This document shows, piece by piece, positions 57,110 to 64,000 of a stretch of DNA of 64,000 nucleotides. The position numbers were made by a program, and so were the translations under genes. The stretch is from Patescibacteria group bacterium (GTDB lineage Bacteria; Patescibacteriota; Minisyncoccia; Phycocordibacterales; UBA918): positions 13,049 through 77,048 of the forward strand of contig JAIETH010000001.1 of NCBI GenBank assembly GCA_019745315.1, written 5' to 3'. Each line of letters opens with the position of its first letter. Position 1 is the stretch's first letter. Below the pieces are notes generated by a model. The model did not search any database. It was not told the origin of the DNA and was given only the letters and a program-made list of their open reading frames with translations.

Positions 57110-58532
57110 GTGACTGGACCTTTACTTTGAGACCAGTCAGCTTCTCATAGCGATTAATAATAAGATCGCAGAAGGCTGGTTCAAGTTCACAACCGTACAC
57201 TCTTCGACCAAGAGCGTTACCTGCGATTAAGGTACTTCCAGAGCCAAGGAAACTATCGAGAATGATGTCGTTCATCTTAGTACAGCGTTTGATCGCTTTC
57301 TCATGAAGACATGGTGGTTTAGACGTAGCGTGTTTATAGTCTTTGGCGGCTAAACGCTTGGCGGTCCAGATATCTATAAAGTCGTCAACCTCGCTAAGTA
57401 AGTTGTTGCCTGTGCTAAGTTCTTTATTCATCACTTCGTTAAGGTTGGTAATCGGTTCTGCCAAATGTGGTTTGCCACGAGTTCCGTATACCACAGGCTC
57501 GTATACCTTATTGAACGCCACGCCAGGTACGGGGTTCTGGTTATTTTTCAACCATAAACACACTCGCTTATTGCTGATTCCGAGTTGCCTGTATATCTCC
57601 TGTACAACCCCGATAAATACTTGATCGCACCAGTAGAAAACATGAGTATCTTTATTTGATACCGCTAAGGCTGACTCCATACTATCTTTGAGAAACTTCT
57701 GGTATTCAGCAAACGTTCGTTTATCTTTTACATTTCCTCCATAGTCTTGCTTTCCTCCAATACCGCCGTTGTAGTCGATGTTGATGTTATAGACGGGGTC
57801 AGAGTAAATCATTGAGACTTTCTCATTGCCAAGGAGTCGCTTTAGAGTTTCTGGCTTAGTAGAGTCGCCGCAAATAACCCTATGCTTGCCGAGAGTAATA
57901 AGGTCACCAAGTTTCGTCTTTGGCTCTACAATCTTCTTTAATTCTTTTTCTTCGTCAAAACTATCGTCGGCAACCTCTGTCTCTTTGTCGTAGATGTCTG
58001 ACAACTCAATATCGTCAAAACCACCAAACTCAAGTGCACCCATTTCAAATCCTTTGAGTAGATCGAAATCCCAGTCGCCACCAAGCTTGTTAGAAGCGAT
58101 GAGATACTCGTCTGATTCTTCTTTAGTTAGCTTACGGTTCGGAACTCTTACATCAATAATTTCATCACCACGATTAAGAAGCTGAAGGGCCTTGATTCGT
58201 TGATGGCCTGCAAGGATAGAGCCATTAGCATCTATGGCAGGTATTTCTACTAAGTTGTATTTCTTCAGGCTTCGCTTCAAGTCCGACATTTGTTTGTCGG
58301 TAATAGAGCGAGGGTTAACGTCTTGAGGGATAAGATCATTAACTCGCCTTTGGGCTGTTGCCCATATAAGTTTTTTCATACCTACACTACGTTTACTATT
58401 TTTAAGTTTGGCTGCGCCCAGTTTCAGGGGGCAATTGTTATCGCAGTCTTTACGTGTGGTATGAAATGTATCTATAACAAGTTTATCAATTTGATAAACT
58501 ATGTCAATGGGTTTATACTGGGGATATGTCAA
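57096..58532 (-). CDS. ParB-like nuclease domain fused to a beta-class N4/N6 DNA methyltransferase
   Basis: ParB/Srx motif EIPAIDANGSILAGHQRIKAL. MTase motif IV SDPVYNI (DPPY-like). Motif I DSFLGSGST lies near the C-terminus (beta-class order). Confidence 0.75.
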   Translation of the reverse strand: MTYPQYKPIDIVYQIDKLVIDTFHTTRKDCDNNCPLKLGAAKLKNSKRSVGMKKLIWATAQRRVNDLIPQDVNPRSITDKQMSDLKRSLKKYNLVEIPAIDANGSILAGHQRIKALQLLNRGDEIIDVRVPNRKLTKEESDEYLIASNKLGGDWDFDLLKGFEMGALEFGGFDDIELSDIYDKETEVADDSFDEEKELKKIVEPKTKLGDLITLGKHRVICGDSTKPETLKRLLGNEKVSMIYSDPVYNINIDYNGGIGGKQDYGGNVKDKRTFAEYQKFLKDSMESALAVSNKDTHVFYWCDQVFIGVVQEIYRQLGISNKRVCLWLKNNQNPVPGVAFNKVYEPVVYGTRGKPHLAEPITNLNEVMNKELSTGNNLLSEVDDFIDIWTAKRLAAKDYKHATSKPPCLHEKAIKRCTKMNDIILDSFLGSGSTLIAGNALGRRVYGCELEPAFCDLIINRYEKLTGLKVKVQSHEEN

Positions 58533-58783
58533 AGAAACTATCTTTTAAGCAACTCGACATACAAATTGGTCAGAAAATTAAAGGGTGTCGTCAGAAAGCA
58601 AATTACTCGCAAACCAATCTTGCAGAGTTGTTGAAATATGAATCACCAACAGCAATTTCATTAATTGAAAGTGGTGAAAGAAGCCTAAAAATTCACGATC
58701 TTATTATTCTCTGTCAACTCTTTGATAAAGATTATAATCACTTTATTGGTCGTCCGTCTGAACATAAAAATAGGATAATTTAG
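58526..58783 (+). CDS. XRE-family helix-turn-helix regulator
   Basis: QIGQKIKGCRQKANYSQTNLAELLKYESPTAISLIESGER is a Cro/C1-type HTH. Confidence 0.6.
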   Translation: MSKKLSFKQLDIQIGQKIKGCRQKANYSQTNLAELLKYESPTAISLIESGERSLKIHDLIILCQLFDKDYNHFIGRPSEHKNRII

Positions 58784-58844
58784 TAGGACTACTCACATAC
58801 CAGATAAGTTCGAGATACTAAGCTAAAAATGGTAAAATCGAGTT

Positions 58845-61800
58845 GTGATCGCCAATGTTAACTGGAACAACTTTAGGGTAAAATTCGACAACCAAAACGA
58901 GGTCGCTTTTGAACGTCTCTGTTATCTCTTGTTTTGCAAAGAATTTAACAAAAACCTCGGAATATTCAGATTCAAAAACCATGCTGGAATTGAGACCAAT
59001 CCCGTTGAACATGAAGGTAAGATTATTGGTTGGCAAGCAAAATTTTATAGCACAGCACTATCGCAACATACTGCCGATTTCAAAGAATCTATCGATAAAA
59101 CTAAGGAAAGACATCCTGAAGTAAATAAGATTATCTTCTACACGAATCAGGAGTTTGGTCAGGATAAAATGAAGACGGATCCGCGATATAAGAAAGATCT
59201 AGAGACTCATGCAAAATCGAATGGAGTAGAAATTGAATGGAGGACAGGAAGCTACTTTGAGTCACTGTTTGTATCTGAAGACAACTTCAGCATTGCACAG
59301 CATTTCTTTGACCTTAAGCCTGGCATCATTGATTCTATTATTGAACTGCAAAAGTACACCGACCAAGTATTGCAACCGATCCGGTCGCAGATTGCTTTCG
59401 GAGAGAATTCTGTCAAACTTGATAGGTCTTCAATCGTCGGAGGAATCAGAGATACAGCCAAGAACTTTCCGATTGTCGTTCTAAGTGGTGGTGCAGGGGT
59501 TGGTAAAACAGCAGTCGTAAAGGATCTATACGAAGCAGTTAAAGAATCGACACCGTACCTTGTCTTTAAAGCCACGCAATTCAAGAGTGCAACACATATA
59601 AATCAGCTTTTCAAGGATTATGGAGAGATAACAGCAACAGAATTTATTGCTGAACATAAAGATATCAATGAAAAATATGTGGTCTTTGATTCATCTGAGA
59701 GACTTTCAGAGATTGAGGATCAGGATGTATTTAGAATGTTTCTATCCGAACTGGTCACAAATGGGTGGACTGTCATTTTTACAGTACGGCATAGTTACCT
59801 TGATGATCTACGATTTCAGTTAAAGGAATTTTATGGAACCAATTTCGCATCTCTTAATATTCCATATCTCTCAACAGAAGAAGTAGAAAAAATTTCCAAA
59901 GAATTTAAATTTGAAATCCCAAAAAATGCCAGACTGGCAAATCTGCTATTAACGCCACTTTATCTGAGCGAATATTTGCAGGATTATAGCGAGAGTAGAG
60001 CAAACATTAGCTATAATGATTTCCGTGAAACTATCTGGAAGAAACAGATTCAGAACTCAAGTTATCAATCAAATAACTTGCATAGGCGCAGAGAGGAATG
60101 TTTTCTGAAGGTTGCGAAGCAGCGAGCAAATGAAGGTGGTTTCTTTGTAAAAACTGATGAATCAGATCACGAGGCACTTCAAAAGTTAGGGGCAAGCGAA
60201 ATCATAAAATTTGATTCAAAAGCTGGAGGCTATTTCATAACCCATGACGTGTACGAGGAATGGGCGTTGGATATACTCATTGAGAGAGCCTTCAATAGTG
60301 CATCAGACTACCAGAGTTTTTATGCTGAAATTGGTAACTCGCTTCCAATTCGACGTGCTTTTAGGAATTGGTTATCTGATAAGCTCTTTGCTAATGATGA
60401 CAAGGCAAAGAAGCTGATTGAATTTACTGTCCAAGATTCCAGTTTTGAAAATCACTGGAAAGATGAAGTTTTAGTCTCGGTACTTCTTTCCGATTACTCA
60501 GAAGTGTTTTTTGAACTCTTTGAAAAAGAACTACTTACAGATCCTGAGCGAGTAGTTTCAGTCGTAAGCGCTACTGAAGGAATTAGAGTATTTGATATTA
60601 ATTACCAAATTGAGAAGAAACTTATACATAGAATTCTCTTCCTTCTACGCATTGCTTGTAAGACAGTTGATGAGGACTTTTTGAGTCGTCTGGGTTTGAG
60701 TCGTGCAAACGCATTATCGCTAGAAACGATTTTTACTACTCCAAAGGGCAGTGGGTGGTCTTCAACAATTGCTTTCATCAATAAGCATAAAGATAAGTTC
60801 AAGCTCATGTACATGCACGTCATCCTTCCTGTTCTGGACGATTGGAATCGAAGTCATCAGCAAGGTGAGACTACAAAGAATGCAAGCCAGATTGCTCTTT
60901 TTTACTACAATACTCTAACAGCACAAAAAGATTTTTACTTTGGTTCAAGAGATAGTACTAAAGAACCACTAATTAGAACCATTTTAAATGGATCTGGCGA
61001 GATAAAAGAAGAGTTAAGTAAGATTATCAAAGCTGTTGTATTAACAAAAGACACTACACACCGAAGCAGGTATTATGAGTTAGTAAATACAATACTCTCA
61101 TCGATCCTAGATAGTACAGTAGCGGCAAGGAATCTGCCGAAGGAAGTTATAAAGCTTGCGAATCTGTTTTGGTTTGATAATTCTCCTGAGGATGAGTACT
61201 CTCACTTAAACTATCGAAATGATCTTGAACAGTATTACGGTCTTACGTCGGGTCATCTCGATTATTATCCAGCCAGTGCTTATCAAACCCCAATAGGAAC
61301 ATTGCTCCAAACTGCTCCGCAAGAAACAGTAAATTTTATTCTTGCGTTCACAAATAAAGTAATTGAATATTTTTCTAAATCGGAATTAGGAAACGAAGCG
61401 GAGTACATTGACGTTATCATTGACGAAGTTGGAACAACCGTTAAACAATATATTGGTCACCGTATTTGGAACATATATCGTGGCACCCAGACGAATCCTC
61501 CTTTACTAGAGTCCATTCACATGGCTTTAGAAAGTTGGTTACTTTGGTTAGCAAAGACATATGATGTAGAATTGGTAGAAAACTGGTGTTTTTATTTAAT
61601 TAAACATTCCCGATCTACATCAATTACGGCAATAGTTGTAAGTGTGGTTCTTGCTGAACCAACAAAGCTTTTCAATGTTGCAAAGATTCTTTTAAAGAAT
61701 AAGGATTTCTTCTTCTTTGATCTCTCTCGACTGCAGTTAGATAGATCACATGCAAAGTTTTCCTACTCAATGGCTCATGATCCTGGAGGGATATTTAGAA

Positions 61801-63680
61801 ACGAACGATTGCAAACTTGTGAAGATAAGCATCGTGAACGCTACCTTGAAAATCAAGCTTTGAATTACCAATTATTTTCTGACGAAGGTGAAAAAGAAGA
61901 TTTGGCAAAAGGTAGGCAAGAGGCCGTATGGAAGATACTAGACGAACATTATGCAAAGTTACCAAACAAGAAGAAAGAAACTAACAGCGATAAAACGTGG
62001 AGACTTACCTTGGCCAGAATGGATCGTCGAAAGATGAAAATCTCTACAGAGGAGAAAGACAAACAAATTTTTATAAGCTTTAATCCTGAAATTGATCCTG
62101 AACTGCGACAGTACAGCGAAAATGCTCAAGCTAAGAGTTCAGAGGCATTGAAATATACGCCTTTACAATTATGGTCTCACAATAAGTTTGAGAAGAATGA
62201 GGATGCTAAAAAGTATCTTCAATATGAAGATGGTCACGATTTGACACTTTCTGAAACAAAGACAATTCTTGAAAAATTAACTATCGAGAAAGACGAAGGG
62301 AGCCAATTTAGGTTGTTCTATCATTCAGTTCCAGCTTACGTTTGTTCTGTACTTCTCAGAGATTATGCAGAAGAGCTAAGTCCAGAAGACGCAGAATTCT
62401 GTAAAGATATTGTGCTTGACTATGCTTCCATGCCTTTACGGGAAGGTTACAGCTATCAGATTGGAGATGGATTGGAAGCAGCAGTAAATATTCTTCCTCT
62501 TCTAATCAAAAAGTTCCCTAAGGACGCTGCAAAAATTAAAGAAGTGTTATTATTGATCCTCTTTGATTCTTATCCAATCGGTACGAGTCAGCGAGTTTCT
62601 GATTATGCAGTCGCATCCATTTTGCAATATTTATGGCCAGAAAGTCCTAATGATGCTAATGCCATACTGTATGGATATTTGTTACTTAAACCAAAATTTG
62701 ATCAGATAAGTGAATCTATCAGGGAAGAGAACCGAAAGAATCAGAAACGTGATTTTTCTAGAATTCCAGTGCTGAAACGATTCAAGAAAGAATGTAAAAC
62801 TGGAATTAAGAAAGTTGTTTCCAGTCAGCTTTCTTATGGAAATATACAAAATGCCGCTGAAATAGATCCTGACGTACTCGTGACCGCTTTTCTATTAGTA
62901 CCATTAAAAACTACCGACGCTGATCATAAGAAGTTTTTGCGAGACATAAGTCCGACTCTCATTGAGGCATTTAAGAATGAGGACAGAGAAGAACGCCTCG
63001 ACTATGTTCTTGAACACAGGTTCTTGGATAAATTTGCTCACTTCGTACTTTACTCACCCAAAGAAGAAATTGAGGCGTATGTAGAACCATTCATCGAGCT
63101 TATTGGCGACTTCAGACGAAGGAAGGATGTGGCTGATGTATTCGAAGCGTTTATTATTGCGGAAGATGCAATAAACCAGTACGAGGAATTCTGGATTGTG
63201 TGGCAAGTTTTCTATCCAAAGATAGTAGAACTCTGCTCAGATGAACACCACCTCAGGTATTCAGAGAATGTCGTCTATAAGTATCTCTTGGCTGTACAGT
63301 GGAATAAGGCTGCTAAAGAGTGGCATTCTCTGAAAGATAGAGAGCGGGCTTTCTTCAAGAAAGTCTCTGAGGAGATGGGTGGGAACGCACCTGTTTTATA
63401 TGCACTTGCAAAACTTCTAAACGATATTGGAAGTAACTTTGCCACTGACGGTATCGCTTGGATTAGCGGTTTACTACAAAAGAATTCAAATCTTTCTCAT
63501 AAAGAATTGGAAGTAAACACCGTTTACTATCTAGAAAATCTTGTACGAAGCTATATTCTCAAGAATCGTCAAAAGATTAAAACTGACCCACAGTTGAAAA
63601 AGCAGATCCTTGTCATTTTAGATTTTCTCCTAGAAAAAGCTTCGGTAACTGCCTACCTATTGAGAGAAGATATTTTATAA
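58845..63680 (+). CDS. 1611-aa STAND-type P-loop NTPase with N-terminal Mrr-like PD-(D/E)xK nuclease motif and long C-terminal helical repeat region (Avs-like candidate anti-phage protein)
   Basis: N-terminus AFERLCYLLF...HAGIETNPVEHEGKIIGWQAKFY parallels Mrr_cat (FE.L...LL...DGGIDI...VQCKRY). Walker A VVLSGGAGVGKTAV. Walker B-like YVVFDSSERL. About 1200 aa of Leu/Glu/Lys-rich predicted helical repeats. Confidence 0.7.
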   Translation: MIANVNWNNFRVKFDNQNEVAFERLCYLLFCKEFNKNLGIFRFKNHAGIETNPVEHEGKIIGWQAKFYSTALSQHTADFKESIDKTKERHPEVNKIIFYTNQEFGQDKMKTDPRYKKDLETHAKSNGVEIEWRTGSYFESLFVSEDNFSIAQHFFDLKPGIIDSIIELQKYTDQVLQPIRSQIAFGENSVKLDRSSIVGGIRDTAKNFPIVVLSGGAGVGKTAVVKDLYEAVKESTPYLVFKATQFKSATHINQLFKDYGEITATEFIAEHKDINEKYVVFDSSERLSEIEDQDVFRMFLSELVTNGWTVIFTVRHSYLDDLRFQLKEFYGTNFASLNIPYLSTEEVEKISKEFKFEIPKNARLANLLLTPLYLSEYLQDYSESRANISYNDFRETIWKKQIQNSSYQSNNLHRRREECFLKVAKQRANEGGFFVKTDESDHEALQKLGASEIIKFDSKAGGYFITHDVYEEWALDILIERAFNSASDYQSFYAEIGNSLPIRRAFRNWLSDKLFANDDKAKKLIEFTVQDSSFENHWKDEVLVSVLLSDYSEVFFELFEKELLTDPERVVSVVSATEGIRVFDINYQIEKKLIHRILFLLRIACKTVDEDFLSRLGLSRANALSLETIFTTPKGSGWSSTIAFINKHKDKFKLMYMHVILPVLDDWNRSHQQGETTKNASQIALFYYNTLTAQKDFYFGSRDSTKEPLIRTILNGSGEIKEELSKIIKAVVLTKDTTHRSRYYELVNTILSSILDSTVAARNLPKEVIKLANLFWFDNSPEDEYSHLNYRNDLEQYYGLTSGHLDYYPASAYQTPIGTLLQTAPQETVNFILAFTNKVIEYFSKSELGNEAEYIDVIIDEVGTTVKQYIGHRIWNIYRGTQTNPPLLESIHMALESWLLWLAKTYDVELVENWCFYLIKHSRSTSITAIVVSVVLAEPTKLFNVAKILLKNKDFFFFDLSRLQLDRSHAKFSYSMAHDPGGIFRNERLQTCEDKHRERYLENQALNYQLFSDEGEKEDLAKGRQEAVWKILDEHYAKLPNKKKETNSDKTWRLTLARMDRRKMKISTEEKDKQIFISFNPEIDPELRQYSENAQAKSSEALKYTPLQLWSHNKFEKNEDAKKYLQYEDGHDLTLSETKTILEKLTIEKDEGSQFRLFYHSVPAYVCSVLLRDYAEELSPEDAEFCKDIVLDYASMPLREGYSYQIGDGLEAAVNILPLLIKKFPKDAAKIKEVLLLILFDSYPIGTSQRVSDYAVASILQYLWPESPNDANAILYGYLLLKPKFDQISESIREENRKNQKRDFSRIPVLKRFKKECKTGIKKVVSSQLSYGNIQNAAEIDPDVLVTAFLLVPLKTTDADHKKFLRDISPTLIEAFKNEDREERLDYVLEHRFLDKFAHFVLYSPKEEIEAYVEPFIELIGDFRRRKDVADVFEAFIIAEDAINQYEEFWIVWQVFYPKIVELCSDEHHLRYSENVVYKYLLAVQWNKAAKEWHSLKDRERAFFKKVSEEMGGNAPVLYALAKLLNDIGSNFATDGIAWISGLLQKNSNLSHKELEVNTVYYLENLVRSYILKNRQKIKTDPQLKKQILVILDFLLEKASVTAYLLREDIL

Positions 63681-63696
63681 AGCTAGTAGAAAAATT

Positions 63697-64000
63697 ATGA
63701 ACTACGATGAACTTATAAAAAACTGGCATGCCAAAGCAATAAACGAGGATTTCTTCTCGGGCTTTGTTTTTGAATACTTGGCATTTATTGCGTTTCTAAG
63801 GAAGCGTCTTTTTCAGGATGCTCGTGATGATAGAAGAGCTATTCAGATGTTAAAGCGTGATGAGGAAGTGAGGGCTGAATATTTGCATTGCGTTAAAGCT
63901 GACGAACATCTTACTGATGCTTGGAATAACATCATCGCCGAATTGGTGAGGGCGCAACTCGGTAATGTCAGAGGTAATGGAAACATTGTCGATGAAATTG
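63697..64000 (+). CDS. hypothetical protein, 5' part only (runs off the window)
   Basis: ATG 17 nt after the STAND stop. MNYDELIKNWHAKAINEDFFSGFVFEYLAFIAFLRKRLFQDARDD... with no stop before 64000. Confidence 0.35.
   Translation, partial: MNYDELIKNWHAKAINEDFFSGFVFEYLAFIAFLRKRLFQDARDDRRAIQMLKRDEEVRAEYLHCVKADEHLTDAWNNIIAELVRAQLGNVRGNGNIVDEI

Larger units (their letters stand above)
52077..64000. mobile_element. putative integrated element/genomic island downstream of tRNA-Trp (extends beyond the window)
   Basis: AT-rich flanks begin directly after the tRNA-Trp 3' end. Cargo is MgtC and an ion channel. There is a recombinase-gene remnant, an intact large serine recombinase, phage-like genes (HTH/terminase-small-like, ParB-MTase, XRE) and a giant STAND NTPase. 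Boundaries are not proven. Confidence 0.45.

Noticed and set aside
58818-59036. 72-aa minus-strand ORF at the start of the STAND gene
   Set aside because: It is antisense to the 1611-aa ORF, whose Walker motifs establish the frame.
1-64000. Search for rRNA genes, CRISPR arrays, tmRNA/RNase P/SRP RNA
   Set aside because: No rRNA-like conserved blocks and no regularly spaced direct repeats with unique spacers were seen. No tmRNA-like tRNA-Ala end or other recognisable structured-RNA signature was noticed by eye. Absence cannot be proven without covariance-model searches.

Overview
The window reads as the chromosome of a small-genome bacterium. Several traits fit a Patescibacteria/CPR-like lineage, though this is inference: a short IF-2 that starts at the G domain; tRNAs that mostly lack an encoded CCA; a type IV pilus/competence-like cluster; many small secreted or membrane proteins; and almost no biosynthetic genes.

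Housekeeping genes are scattered through the window:
- trxB.
- A ybeY-rpsU-hisS-like-lepB block beside a divergent ftsA-ftsZ operon.
- pth and rpsA.
- gyrA.
- rbfA-infB.
- A NifS-like cysteine desulfurase.
- clpB.

Accessory content includes:
- A T4P operon (pilB, pilC and five prepilin-like genes). One of these carries LVIVD beta-propeller repeats.
- A DinJ-YafQ toxin-antitoxin pair with a palindromic operator.
- A tandem array of five paralogous VirB2/TrbC-like small membrane proteins.
- Two larger proteins that fuse that pilin-like domain to peptidoglycan hydrolase domains (SLT-like and M15-like).
- A cluster of minus-strand tRNAs (Leu-TAG, Lys-CTT, Leu-TAA, Cys-GCA). It contains an HNH endonuclease and a duplicated tRNA-Leu 3' fragment.
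- tRNA-Tyr and tRNA-Trp.
- Several short GC-rich islets that look foreign.
- A repeated hairpin element family.

The most striking region lies downstream of tRNA-Trp, from about 52.1 kb to the window end. It has an AT-rich island carrying MgtC and a BacNaV-like voltage-gated channel. Next come a decayed 3' remnant of a serine recombinase gene and an intact large serine recombinase. A phage-like module (HTH/terminase-small-like protein, ParB-MTase fusion, XRE regulator) follows. It ends with a 1611-aa protein built from an N-terminal Mrr-like PD-(D/E)xK nuclease motif, a P-loop STAND-type NTPase and about 1200 aa of helical repeats. This architecture resembles Avs-type antiviral STAND systems. 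A further ORF runs off the window end.

No rRNA or CRISPR array was seen.
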